DNA of 64,000 bases from assembly GCF_009834535.1 (NCBI RefSeq), contig NC_045696.1:7504001-7568000 (forward strand), read 5' to 3'. The DNA is from Camelus ferus (Eukaryota). This document shows positions 24,994 through 38,286 of this stretch, piece by piece. The notes beneath the pieces are model-generated. The model did no database searches. It was not told the DNA's origin and was given only the letters and a program-made list of their open reading frames with translations. The translations under genes and the position numbers were made by a program. Position 1 is the stretch's first letter. Each line of letters starts with the position of its first letter.

Positions 24994-27488
24994 ACAAGAA
25001 TCTAAATGTTTAGAATTATGAACACTGAAATCTTGTAACGACCTTAAATTATGAGAAAGCCCTTGTGATTTGTTTTCTACTCTCAAATTTTGATAAGCCT
25101 TTTAAGATTTTTTTTTTCTGAAGTTACTAAAGTTTGTGAACCAAGTCTGGTAGCTACTTCAGACCAAATTCCTGGTCATCATCGAATGTGAAGATTAAAT
25201 TTAATGTGTGTGAAAGATAGATGGACTGCTGCAGGATGAAAGCAATTAGAAATAATGGCCTCTGACCATGAAGGCACACAAATTAAAGAATGTCAACCCA
25301 GGACAGAGATTCTATCAGCGAGGAATCTGTCGTTTCACTTGACTACTGATCTCGTACAATTATGGGAAAACTAACAGAAGTGACCTGAGTGAACAGACAG
25401 GCTGGGGCCATTTGTTTCTTAAGTGAAATTTCCAGGCACCCAACTCCAACCTTAGCTTTTCCATCACCACTGAGTGGCAGTTGGCAGAGAGTGATGACCT
25501 TTACTTAACCTTGAGAATAACTCTACCCCTTCCTGGCCAAAATAAGGAGTGTATGTCAGTGCCTAATGACAATCCATTTGCAGGGGCTATTGAATGTTTG
25601 GTCTAAGTTGATGATATCTTTGCCTTTTTGAACTTTATTTTACAAAATAAATATCTTTCATAGGTCATCTTAGAAGTTACAGAGGGCCACACACCGGGTA
25701 CAGATGCAGGACTAATTTGAAAGGTAACTTTTATCTGTTTTGTTTTGTTTTGAGATGGGTTTTTTGCTCAAATATTCACCTGAATGAATACAGAAAAATA
25801 ACCAAGTTTCGTCTGCCACTTTCTTACTGGAAGACAATCTACTTTCATTCCTCTAGGTATTTAGAAAATGTTTATTGTTGTCAACAACCCAAGAGATAAG
25901 TGATTCCAAAACAAATCCTAAATCAAGCATTGCTTCTAGACTTAACTCCTTCCCTCCCCAACATCCCTGTGTAACGATTTGTTCAAAGATCTGAAGTAAA
26001 CGAAATCAGATCAGATATCCAATCCCTCAAAGACAATGGTCTCAGTGAAGTTAAATCCCCAAACTTGCCCTCATTTTCACCTCTCCAACCCATCCTTATC
26101 AGGAGCTTCTTGTCACCAATAAGATTAGTGGCAGTGCATTGGGCTAAATCAGATTTCTCGTTTTGGATGAATCACAAAAAAGGTACGAGCCAAATAACAT
26201 ACATGATTGAAATGTACTAAGGAGCCCATGAGTCACACTGTTCTATGTATCAATAGACTATGTCAGAAATACCCTTGATTAAAGTCTAAGATTTTGGCTA
26301 AGGTTATTTCATAATTATAGAATTTTTCATCTACGCAAGTAATGGATATGGAATGGCATCTAATGACTGATGTCAAATATTTTCATTGTTGTTTTTAAAA
26401 AGTATTATTTGTTTTTAAAGCAATACATATGTGTTGTAGAGAATTTTAAAACTATAGAAAAAATTTTAAATCGCTCATAATCCATCACCCAAAGATAATT
26501 ATGCTTAATGTTCTTATATAAGTCTTTCTAACTAAGGATGTGTATATGTGTGTGTTTAACAACAACTACAAAAAAATCACACTGTGAATGTAATTTTGCC
26601 TCATTTTTCAAATAACACTGTGAGCATTTAACATAATAACAATATAAATAGCATAATATTTTGTCATATGGATGCACCATAATTTATTTCATAAATTTCA
26701 TATTATTGGACTTTTAAGATGATTCTAAGTTTTCATTTTTATAAATAAATATCCTTATATTAACATATTTGTCCTTATCTCTGATTATACCCTCAGAAAA
26801 TATTTATAAAAGAGTAAGGGGTATAAAATTTCTAAAAAGCTCTTATTATCCACGTTTTGCCAAATTGCTGGGAAGGTAGCCTCAGTTTTGCTCTCCTGCC
26901 TGCAAAGCTGTGACTGTTCACTGGCCACCAGCATATATTGATAGCCTAGTCATTTATTTAATATGCATTTTAAGCTTTAATTATTTACCAAAGTGATTTC
27001 AGAATAAAGAAATAAATTCAAAGAGATTACAAAGTGTGGCTTGGCTAGCTGACAGGAATTTACTTAGACTTATTTAATAAGCAAACTTCTCTGAAGAGCT
27101 TCCTGGCAAACCCAGGAGACAGAATTCACTTTTTTGTATGGCATGGCTTAAACTTTCAAACTCATTTAGAAAAATCCCTTCATTACCAAGTAATTTTGCA
27201 AGAATGAAAATGATCATGGGGCTGGTTCAAATTTTAAACCTGCCTAAGCCATCGTTTATAAACAATTTGCAGCAACTGTCTATAATATATAGAGACTTTC
27301 AGCCTCAGTGAAAGGGACCTATCAAATGCTTGCCTGCTGAAGTAGCAGAATGTAAAGAGAAGACATCCAGTGCTCTGATTAGAGACATGCACGTTACTGA
27401 GGACTTATAGACCGTCCTGTTCAATAGGTCTCAATTACAGCGCTCATTTTTACAAAAGAGAATACAGAAACCACAGTTATAAAATTAG

Positions 27489-27662
27489 AGGGAACTTTAT
27501 TCAATATCAGGGAACTATATTCAATATCTTATAGTAACCTATAATGAAAAAGACTATGAAAATGAATATGTGTACTTATATGTATGATTCAAACATTATG
27601 CTGTACACCAGAAATTAATACAACATTGTAAACTGACTGTACTTTAATTAAAAGAAAAAAAA
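27489..27662 (+). mobile_element. Short 5'-truncated young L1 3' end
   Basis: agggaactatattcaatatctt..tatgctgtacaccagaaatt..acattgtaaactgact..A tail; same text recurs at ~38290, ~42540 and (-) ~41160. Confidence 0.8.
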
Positions 27663-29007
27663 TCACTACACCCACAGGTGTATACAAACTAAGTAAAGGC
27701 ACATTTATCTGAATTGCCATCTCTTTTCCATTGTTGCTGCCAAGAAATAAGCTATATATCCTTATGCTACAACAATAAAAGTTTACTTTTAATTCTAAAA
27801 AGTAAATAAATAAATAAAGTTATGCTTAAATCGTGTAATTTTCTTTTTAGGAATTTACTTAGACTTATTTGATAAGCAAACATTAAATTATTAAACTTAT
27901 TAAACTGGCTCCCCGTCTTTCGTTTCCTCCCCATTGATGTCTGGACAATGGGAGAGAACAGTGAGGCTAAAGCTTACTGGGGAAACACTCGTTCACCTGG
28001 AGGCCAAAGGACACGCTCTGTTCCACCTTTGGGGTTCCCTCCTCAAGCTAATCCATGGCTGTGGGGTCCCTGCCACTCCTTCAGCATTCTCTGGCAGGGC
28101 CATCTCTCCTGAATGCCACCAGCAGAGCCCCGGCCTCGGATGCTGGCCCCCAAGTGTCCCCTATGGGAGCTGGGCAAGTTATTAATTGCTCACATTTCAG
28201 TTTCCTCAGCTGTCAAACAGAGGTAATAATGATTGCTACCTCATAGGGTCCTTGTGAGAATGAAATGAATGAAATACTTAAAACAGCCCCTGGCACATAA
28301 TAAGGATTCAATAGGTGTTATACAATTATCATTATAAAGTATTATTGTTGTTGTTCCTGAAAAGACGCAGGAGTTTCTCGTGCTGCTCAGGGTAGGAATG
28401 CAGCCGGGTATCAGGAAAGCAATGGAACCAAGAATTAGCCAACCAACAGGACTCCCAGCCGCTATCTCATTTCCTCCAACCACGTCTGGTTCATTTCGTG
28501 TCTCTGCAGACCATCCTTCTCCCCTCCCCTGTCCATGTGGTCATTCATGTCTACCGCGGCTCTAAATGCTCATGTTGTAGGCTCAGCCATGTTCCTAGTT
28601 GGCTTCCCTTGTGAACTGGGGAGTGGTCCCCAAAGTAGAGGGAAATAATATTCCGCCAGTGGTGTCTGCTATAGGACAAAAGAGACATCCGTCACACACT
28701 GATGTCAAAATGACAGTTGAATTTCTGTCCTTTCTGGAGAAGTTGCAAATGCAAAAAATGATGTGAACTTGGATATCACTACCAACAGAATGAAATTAAG
28801 TCTGCTTTGACTGATACAAAACAATGTTCTTTTCTTTGGACCTGAATTTTGAAGGGAATGCACTCCAGATAACAACTGGGGCAGACTGTGATCTAGAAAA
28901 GACATAGCCCTGATTCCTGGGGACTATTTAGAAGCTATTTTGAAACTCTTCATGTTACATTTACAATAGTTAAAGTTAACTTCTTGTCACATTTTAACTG
29001 TTCTGTT

Positions 29008-29099
29008 GGGGAAGTGGGTATAGCTCAGTGGTAGAGCACATGCTTAGCATGCATGAGGTCCTGGGTTTAATTCCCAGTACCTCCATTTAGAAAAAAAAA
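29008..29099 (+). mobile_element. tRNA-Ala-derived SINE (Vic-1-like)
   Basis: gggtatagctcagtggtagagcacatgcttagcatgcatgaggtcctgggtttaattcccagtacctcca + A tail. Confidence 0.9.
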
Positions 29100-30809
29100 T
29101 TTTTAATCTAAATATTTTGTTGAACATATGAGATAAAGACAAAAAAGACCCTTTTCTGAAGTGATGTGCTGGGCAAAGATCAGACCATACTGAAGAGTAC
29201 TTTGGGAATTAAAATAACTGACGAATGAAACCGTTATCGGGATGTGGCCTTCCCTTGCATGCAGAAAATAATTGTGCTCATTGTCCTGGTTGATTAAGGA
29301 AATCTTCCATTCAGCTCCTATTTTATTTTATTTAAAAGAGTTAGCAGCAGAGCCAACAGAAGAGGGAGAAAATTAATGGTTTGAGCAATTCATTTAAACA
29401 AGGAAACAAGTGCCATTTGCTTCTATTCAGGATTCAACAGTTAGAAGAGGAATACACATAGGACATCTAATGTTGGGCCAGAATCCTTTTCTTTGGCCAA
29501 AGCAAAACATATCCTGGTAGAATTTTAGAATGTGGCCACAGTTTATCAAAACGTGCAAAGTTTGACAAAATTCAAGAAGCCCATCTGAGCTTGGAGAAAA
29601 TGATTCCTGGCAAACAAGAATGTCAAAAGTTGTGGCAATTTTTAAAGCAAAAAAAAAAAAAAAAAAAAAAAAAGGCAAATTGTTAAGAGCATATGGTAAC
29701 TTCTCAATGCTGAAAGCTAGGATCACAGCCGCTCTCGGGACATGAATGTCTGGTAGAAAAGAAATTAAAAATATAGTCACCATGTACCATCTAAACACAA
29801 AGACAGAATGGGCCCTATTCATGAAGCTGCTCCTTCTGTGTTCTGACAAAGTAGTAACAGAGACTTGGAAAGATGCAGCAACAACAGAAGGAATCCAAAT
29901 AAAAAAGTCTGAAAGAAAACAAACCTGAGACGACCCTACAGCCTGATGCATTAGGGTGTAAAATCCCCCGGAGGCCTGGTAATTCTCATGAGCCTCTCCA
30001 CTTCCCAAGGGCAGGCAGCAAGCAGGGCATCCCCTGTTTCCATAGAAAGTTTTCTGCAGACCCAGGTGGATACCCAGTCCAGAGAAACTGATGTGGATGC
30101 TCCCTGAGACATTCTGTTCATTGATGGCAGACCCCTGGATTTCTAAGATTTACCTGTGCCATGGAATCAACCTACTGAGACCACCGTGGGTTGAGCCAGG
30201 GTTCCCTGGCTGGACCTCAAAAATCAAGGTGATAGGTCAAGGATGGGCTGTGACATGGGCTGGTTTATGAGCCCACAGCCACACTGGAAGAACTGGTTAC
30301 AGGCCAGAGCCTAGAACCTCCTGGGAGCCAGGGTCACAGAGCTCCAGAAAAGAATCGAGGGCCCATTAAGATCTGAAGGACTCAGCCCAACTGTGTGCTA
30401 ATAATTACCTTGGACTTTTTAAAACCCAGAAAAATAAATTGATTTTCAGACCAGAGGGGGAAATTAAACAAACTTAGTGCTTTCTTTCACATCAAAGCTA
30501 AGGCAGGATACGAAGCATGCTCATCCAGACCGCACCCTGGAGCTTGCAGGAATGCCAGGAAGTCACATTGGCCTCATTTCCCCAGGGCCGAAACCCACAG
30601 GAGACGGTGCCTTCAGACGTTATGTTTGTGAGAGATCACACTCCAGTAACTCCGTGACTGATATTCAATTGTCCTGCCTATGACAGTGTTTGCTCAGGTC
30701 AGCTCTAAAGAAGAATGAATGTATGTTTATATTTAGGGAATTTCTGCATTTAGGTATGTTTACTCTTAAATCACTTCAAATGGCTTTGTAGATTTTAGCA
30801 AAGTAAAAA

Positions 30810-31500
30810 TGATTTATACTCAAGCTAACCATACACTTACCCTATGACCCAGCCACCATTCCTAGATACCTACGTAACGGATATGTACACATATGTGCAC
30901 AAAAGTCATTTACAAAAATGTACATAGCTGCATTACTCATTATAGCCAAAAAACTAGCAGCAATCCAAACATCCTTCAGCAACAGAATGGATAAATAAGC
31001 AGTGATATATTCCTGCAACAGCATAGCATAGAATAATCAATGACTTACGTATGCAATGTGGAGTAAAAGAAACCAGACACAAATGAGGACATGCTGTATG
31101 ATTCCATATATAAAGTTCAAAACTGGGCAAAACAAATCTACAGTACTTGAAGTCCCAATAGTGTTTATCCTTGGGGAAGAGAGTGAGTGTGGTAACTGGG
31201 AAGGTGGCGTTAGAAGGCCTCTGGGATGGTGGTAATCTATTTCTCAGCTTGGCTGGAGTTTTAAAGGGTGTGCTGCCTTTTAAAATTCATCGAGGAGGGA
31301 GGGCATAGCTCAGTGATAGAGTGCGTGCCAAGTATGCACAAGGTCCTGGGTTCAATCCCCAGTACCTCCATCAAACAAGGAAATAAACAAATAAACCTGA
31401 TTACCTCCCCACCATCAATCAATCAGTCATCAAATTCATCAAGCACTTACAATTTGCTCACTTTTCTGTATCTTCTGTATGTTGATAAGAAATGTGTTTC
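30810..31500 (+). mobile_element. L1M 3' end fragment, interrupted by a SINE
   Basis: ccctatgacccagccaccattcctag..cagaatggataaataa..tgtatgattccatatataaagttcaaaac. Confidence 0.7.
31294..31430 (+). mobile_element. tRNA-Ala-derived SINE (Vic-1-like)
   Basis: Head plus aaacctgattacctcccc tail module; TSD aaattcatc. Confidence 0.9.
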
Positions 31501-32129
31501 TAAATATTTAAAAATATCTTTTTAATGATCCACATGGTAGTTGTAACTGTTACTAGAGACCAGCATAGTGATGTAGAAAACCATGTAAAATTTCTGAATG
31601 TGCAGGTGGCATGTTTGATGTACCTGGATAGACCCCAAATTACGACAGTTGGTGACCATTATTGTTTGGTATTGCTGATACCTGAAGTCCTACACCTTGC
31701 TTAAATCTGGGTATTGGGCAGACTACATTGTTCAACAGCGTATTCTTGGAGTTTAAAGTAATTTAAGATATTCACAGGAAGACCTAGCCAGATGATGACC
31801 TGGCTCTTAGCAATTGGTCTTCCCTCCACGTCTTACTTTAGAATTGAAGTCCTCATCCTAAAAATACACCTGGGATCTCTTTAACTTGATATGATGGATG
31901 GCCCAGAGGTCAGTGCAAGTGTGCAGAAGACAAGACCCTTGATTAACCCAGGAGAATAAAAAACTATGAGTGCCAAAGAAGAAGTCAAAGGATTTCTTTA
32001 GAATTTTTTTTGTATGTTACTTTTTTAAATGTAAATTTTGTCAGTCAGAAAAAAATTGTATTATTCCTTTAGTGGTTCAGTGGCTAAAGAAAAATACAAA
32101 TATTGTTATGATAGAAGAGTTTAAGCTTT

Positions 32130-32825
32130 TTAAAACAAATTTATTGGGGTGTAATTTATGTACTATACGTCACTCATTGGCACTGCACAACTCAATGATT
32201 TTAGTAAATTTATGGAAATGTGCAACAATCACCATCATCCAGTTTTAGAACATTCCTGTCACTCTTAAAAGTTTTCTTGTGCCCATTTACAGTTAATTCT
32301 CGGACCTGCTGCCAGCACTAAGCAACCAGTTTTCCTTTCTGTCACTATAAATTTGCCTTTTCTTACATAAATGGAATCATACAGTGAAGTCTGTTGGATT
32401 TTTGCTTCTTTCACTTAGCATGACATTTTCAAGGTCCATTCATGTTTTAGCAAGTATTAAAACTTCACTGCACTCCTTTTATTGCTGAATAGTATCCCAT
32501 TACATGGATATCTCATGCTTTATTTATCCATTCCCCAGCTGATGGACATTTGGATTGTTTCCAGTTTGGGGTTATTATGACTAAAGCTGCGATGAACATT
32601 TGTATACAAGTCTTTGAGTGGGCAAATGTTTTCATTTCTCCTGGATAGATTCCAGGAGTGGAATTGCTGGGATGTATGGTAAGCCTATGTTTAACTTTTT
32701 AATGAAGTTGCCCAACTATTTTCCAAACTGTTAGCTATTTTACACTACTACCAGTGATGTCTGAGGATTCTGGTTTCTCCACATCCCTGGCAACACTTGT
32801 TATTATCTGTCTTTTAAAAATTGGA
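32130..32825 (-). mobile_element. L1M 3' region, minus strand
   Basis: tgtgcaacaatcaccatcatccagttttagaaca..ttattgctgaatagtatcccatt..gatggacatttggattgtttccagtttgggg. Confidence 0.8.
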
Positions 32826-33520
32826 ACCATTCTGGCCATCATCAAAAAGTCTACAAATTCTGGAGAAGCTGTGGAGGAAAGAGAACCCTTCTATACTGCT
32901 GGTGGGAATGTAGACTGGTGCAACCACTATGGCAAATGGTATGGAGATGCCTTAAAAAACTGAAAATAGAGTTACTGTATGATCCAACAATCCTACACCT
33001 GAGCATATATCTAGAGGAAACTCTAACTCGAAAAGATATATGCATGCCAATGTTCATTGTAGCACTGTTTACAATAGCCAAGACGTGGAAGCAACCTATA
33101 TGTCCATCAACAGATGAATGGGTTAAGAAGATGTGGTATAGGTATACAGAGGAATATTACTCAGCCATGAAAAGAATGAAATCATGCCATTTGTAGCAAT
33201 GTAGGTGGACCTAGAGATGATCATACTAAGTGAAGTAAGTCAGAAGAGAAAGACAAATATCATATGAATTCACTTATATATGGAATCTAAAGAATAATAC
33301 AAATGAGCTTATTTACAAAACAGAAACAGACTCACAGACATAGAAAACAAACTTATGGTTACCAAAGGGGGAAGAGGGAAGGAGGGATAACTTAGGAGTA
33401 TGGGATTAACAGATACACACCACTATATATAAAATATATAAACAGCAAGGTATATACTGTATGGCACAGGGAACTATATTTGATATCTTGTAATAACTGA
33501 TAATGGAGAAGAACCTGAAA
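32826..33520 (+). mobile_element. Younger 5'-truncated L1 (ORF2 C-terminus remnant + 3' UTR)
   Basis: ORF 32918-33196 reads [56 protein letters not shown], typical of the L1 ORF2 C-terminus. Confidence 0.9.
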
Positions 33521-33624
33521 AAGGGCTATTTTCATGAGTATATTCACTTTGTAAAAACATATCAAGCTTATAATATATATAGTTCTTCTGTAGATGTATT
33601 ATTCTTCAATAAAAATTCACATTG

Positions 33625-33845
33625 TGGGGAAGGTATAGCTCAGTGCTAGAGTGCATGGTTAGCATGCACAAGACCCTGTATTCAATCCCCAGGACCTCTA
33701 CTGAAAGAAAGAAAAAGAAAGGAAGAAAGGAAGAAAGAAAGGAAGAAAGGAAGGAAGAAAGGAAGGAAGGAAGAAAGAAACCTAATTTCTTCCCCCCCCC
33801 AAAAAAAACAAAAAGTAATTTAAAACATAAAAAATAATTTTTTAA
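33625..33845 (+). mobile_element. tRNA-Ala-derived SINE (Vic-1-like) with expanded GAAA/GGAA tract (~33703-33780)
   Basis: ggtatagctcagtgctagagtgcatggttagcatgcacaag..ttcaatccccagg; TSD-like aaaattcacatt / aaagtttacatt. Confidence 0.85.
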
Positions 33846-33894
33846 AGTTTACATTAAAAAATTAACCTAGAGGGAAGAAAGGATGCTTTTTTAT

Positions 33895-34070
33895 TTTTAA
33901 TTTGTTTTTTCTCTCTTTTTTTTAAACTTTTTTTTTTTTGCTGGGGAAGGAGGTAGTTAGGTGTATATATGTATGTATGTATGTATGTATTTAATGGAGG
34001 TACTGGGGATTGAACCTAGGACCTCGTATGTGCTAAGCATACACTTTACCACTGAACTATACCCTCCTAC
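33895..34070 (-). mobile_element. tRNA-Ala-derived SINE (Vic-1-like) with (TATG)n in tail
   Basis: tggaggtactggggattgaacctaggacc..tgaactataccctcc. Confidence 0.85.
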
Positions 34071-34699
34071 CCAATGCTTTTATTTTCTTAATGTTAATAC
34101 TTATAATAAAATTGCTATGTAATATCCTAGAAAAAATTGTGCACTCCAATATAATCTTCAAATAGATTTCTGCAATATAAAGAGAAATGATAATCTTTTA
34201 TATAATTTCAGAGTGCAGTTTCATGCCTTCCTTTAAAATCTACTAAAATAAAGTCTCTAATTCCTTTGTTATGAAGCCCACCAGAACTTACTACCAAGTC
34301 CTGAAAAGTAAATTCCAGGGGCATATAGGCTAGGTGGTGGTACCTGTTTTATTTCATTGTAGCCTTCCTTGGTAACAAATATTCTGTTTCCCCCGCATGA
34401 AGATAATGCTACTGCAAATGCACTGTGAGTCATGAAATGTGAGTCAGCTGCTGCAAGGTACTGCTGACTCCTCTGGGGGTGGGGGACCAGTTGTGGTGGG
34501 GCGTGCTGTCTCAAGCCTGGCCAGCTGCAAAAATCTGCAAAACAAAGTTTTGCTTATTTCCTTATTCAGAACGTTTTTCTCTGAGCCAAAGTAAGTTGGT
34601 ATAGAAGCTGAATATGGTGTAAACAAGGCCAGGGAGTCTGCACCTGGGTAATCCACAGACCTGGGGGAGTGTGCCAAGGGATTCATAGGAAATACTGGG

Positions 34700-35165
34700 A
34701 CCAGGAGTATTATTAGTAAGAGCCAAAAAGTGAAAACAACCCGCCTGTCCATCAACAGATGAACAGTAAGTAAAATATTGTCTGTTCATTCAATGAAATA
34801 TTATTCAGCCATAAAAAATGATGAAGTACTGACACACACTATAACATAATGAACCCTGTAAATGTTATGCTATGTGAAAGACGCCAACCACTAAAGGCCA
34901 CCTGTTGTATGGTTCCATTCATGTCAAATATCCAGAATTTAAAAATCCAGAGAGACAGAAAGTACCTTAGTGGTTTTCAGGGGTTGGAAGTGTTGCAGGA
35001 AATGGGAGTTGACTGACAAAGGGTATGGGTTTCTTTTGTGGATAATGAAAACATTCTGGAATTAGTAGAAATGGTTGCGGAACTCTGTGAATATACTAAA
35101 AACTGAGTTGTACACTTTCAAAGAATACTTTTTATAGTACCTGAGTTATAACACAATAAAAATAA
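34700..35165 (+). mobile_element. L1M 3' end fragment
   Basis: tgtccatcaacagatgaa..aatgaaatattattcagccataaaaa..tgtgaatatactaaaaac..caataaaa. Confidence 0.8.
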
Positions 35166-36566
35166 TTTCTGCCCAAGAAATGGGATTGAAAATAATACAG
35201 ACAATGCAAACACAAGCAAACCATGGGAAAATAGCGAGGCTGACACCTTCCTTTATTACAAGCTCATCTTCAGCCACGTTAACAAGGTAAAAAAATCTGA
35301 TAAGAAGGTAGCAAAACATAATTGAAATTATCAAGAAAAAAATTGATTATGGTGTGCATCCAAAACTAACATAACATCAATTATACTCAATTTAAAAATT
35401 GAATTATTGACATATCATTGAAACTCAAGCGTATATTACACCTTAGATAACAATGACCATCTTTAAAATCATGTGATTCCCAATCTAGTATTTTACAAAA
35501 TTTTGCCAAACTTAATGAGGAGTATTTAGCAGATTGTTTTGCAATTTCTTGTTTAATAGAGAAGTTCAAAAAGAAACATATCACTGGGAAACACTTTTTC
35601 TTGCTACCACAGTAAAACTGGTTAAAATAACAAGCAGGAAACAAAATGGCAACAATTTGAGATGCATTCTTTTGTTAGCAGATGCACTGGAGGACTCAAT
35701 GAAAATGTAGTGGAAATTTGAAGAAACAAATATTACAACAAATAATCCAATGTTGAAGCTTGCAATACAGCTGGGTGAAAGTACAAAAATTTCTAACATG
35801 TTTCAGCTTGTGGTGGTTGCAAGATTCAATATGAACTACTTTTTGTGAACCACTAACCAAAAGATGTCAGGGAAGTCAGCCTCAGGCATAAATTACTTAT
35901 TCAAAAGAATGTGTTTTATGAAAACCTGGCTAAGTGTAATGGTTGTTGGAGTGGCTGCTTTGATTAGAATGTTTAAGATTCCAGAGAAATGGCACTGCAT
36001 GTATGTGCCAAATTTCAGACTGCATCATTGTTAGGCAAGCTATTGCAGAAAATATATTGAAGAGGAAATGCAGGTGTTAGAAAATACCATCAAAGGTTTG
36101 GTTTTTTTTTTCTCTTTTTGTAAATGAATGGAAATGGAAAATGTAGGCAATAGGAAATGGTGGAGACTGTGGAGAATCGAAGAGTGCAAGGTTGTTCAAT
36201 GGGGCAGCCATGACTCAGCTCTAGCTGATTGGTTCCAAGTGGGAACGCAGGCAAACATTGCCAGGGATCTATATTTGTAAAGAGAAATTCCCTGATTAAG
36301 CCCACATGAAAGGAAAATAGTCTTTTGAAGAACAATCTTCTCTCTTTCTCTTCTGTTTTGCTGTAGGATGAACATAAGCTAGTGGTAGCCTCCTGACTCC
36401 TTCAGAAAAGTTAGACAGTGTGGTTAATTTTATAAAAATAAGATCATGCAAACAGGGAACTTTTATAAGCCTTTGTCAACATCTGAGGAGTGACCCAACA
36501 GTATTTTGAACTAAACCCAAGCCAGCCAGCTTTCTTTTGGCAAAGCACTTAAAAGTATCAACGTTA

Positions 36567-36690
36567 GGGGTGGAGGTTATAGCTCAAGTGGTAGAGCTCA
36601 TGCTTAGTGGCACAAGGTCCTGGGTTCAATTCCCAGTACCTCCTCTAAACATAAATAAATAAACCTAATTACCTCCCCCCAACAAAAAAA
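36567..36690 (+). mobile_element. tRNA-Ala-derived SINE (Vic-1-like)
   Basis: Head plus aaacctaattacctcccccc tail; TSD-like aaaagtatcaa / aaaatatcaa. Confidence 0.9.
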
Positions 36691-37141
36691 ATATCAAACT
36701 TAAAAGTTTTTACATTTTCTGACCTTTTGTGGGGACTAAGTGATTGTTAGAAATATGCCAGTTAGCAAATATTTTAACAAGATACATACACACACACAAA
36801 TTGTTTCTTTGATACAAAGATGATATTCTTAAAAATGAGTGAATAAGTAAGTGTTAAATCAAAAGAAACTCATGCTATGAAAAAGAGCCTTGTGAAAAAT
36901 GGATGTTTGGAATTGCTTCTATCATTAGGTAACTTTTCTGCTGAAATTGATGTATTACTTTAAAAAAAAAAAACCCACCAAGTCTGTATACCTTCAAACA
37001 AAAAACAAAAACATTTAACTGTGTTAAAATGCTTAAGAAGTTTCAGTGCATTTTTTAATTTCTTTGGCTAAAACATAAATATATCATAGAGCTAAATAAA
37101 AATACAAAATGCAGCATCTGTTGGTTTAAAGAACAAAGTCA

Positions 37142-37300
37142 GGGGGAGGGTGTAGCTCAGTGGTAGAGTGTGTGCCTAGCATACACAAGGTCCTGGGTTC
37201 AATCCCCCATACTTTCACTAAAAATAAATAAATAACAGTCTAACTACTCCCCCACCCCCCCAAATTAAAATAAAATAAACAAAACCTAATTATACCCCCC
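37142..37300 (+). mobile_element. tRNA-Ala-derived SINE (Vic-1-like) with duplicated tail module
   Basis: ggggagggtgtagctcagtggtagag..ggttcaatcccc; two ctaa..ccccc modules; TSD aaagaacaaa. Confidence 0.9.
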
Positions 37301-38286
37301 CAAAGAACAAACTGACAACAAGGAAGATGGAAATTTCCTCATTAAATTTCAACAAACTTTTGCAAAATTGGTAGATGGGACTGAAAACAAATACTGACTT
37401 AGTAAGTGCTTGATGTGTTTCTTTCACATGAATTTATGCTTCTGTGTGAGATAACTTAAATATTAAACTATAATAATATATAATAAATATATACAATGAG
37501 AGCAAAAGGATTTTTGAATTATTAATTATGTTTAAAATGGACATTTGATACATCTATCATCTTTTAAAATCTGTAGTGCATGTATATTTGATAATGTGCA
37601 GAACATACAAGCCTGATAGCATGTGCAGGTCGAGCATATGAAACTGCTATTTTTGTAGGCCAAAACAAAAGAATATCAGCAATTTCAAATGGTTCAGTGT
37701 AGAGTTCATAAGTGACTATATGTTAGGGTGCAGACTCAATTTTTTTTAAACGATAGGGATACATGATCAAAAGTGTAGAACTTGCTCAGATTTGAGCCTC
37801 TATGCAGCCAACTCAGGCCACCACTGCAACCTGCAAAAACCCAGGAACCCCAAGATCACTGTGTCCCGGTTTCACAAATGCCCGACTCACAGGACCTGTG
37901 ATGCTACCACATCCGTAGCTAAAGGGTCTCATTTTCCATATTTGTACTAGGTTGGCCACATTCTAATTTAAGGAAAGTATACTAAGCACATTTAAAATTC
38001 TAGTGCCATCAGCATGTGGGTGAAATTCAGTTTCTTCAAGTAAACTGATCATTGAGCCAGATCTTTTTAATCAGTAAAACTGATTTATTAAGAAAACGAA
38101 CTAAAGCCGAATGTGATGACTTCAGCTCCATAATAAGCATCACAGGAAGAGAGAGTAGAGGTAAGACTTCTAGTGTTTTTCTGTTAAAACTCAGCAAAAT
38201 AAGCCATCTTAAAACCTTTCTGAAATAAGCCCATAAGAATTGTTTTTAAGTTTGGAAAAAGGTACTTTAAACAGTAAGTGAAACAA

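Larger units (their letters stand above)
35170..37780 (+). mobile_element. Fossil hAT (Charlie/Buster-type) transposon with degenerate transposase, interrupted by two SINEs
   Basis: Hand translation: AIQLGESTKISNMFQLVVVARF (~35762-35827), DCIIVRQAIAE (~36017), LDSVVNFIK (~36411). These resemble the hAT xLQLDESTD, HCxxHRxxL and VNFIK blocks. Confidence 0.7.

Noticed and set aside
29427..30008. 193-aa minus-strand ORF
   Set aside because: Runs through an A25 tract (poly-Phe), has a non-ATG start and no recognisable homology.
32918..33196. 92-aa ORF as a host gene
   Set aside because: It is the C-terminal remnant of L1 ORF2.
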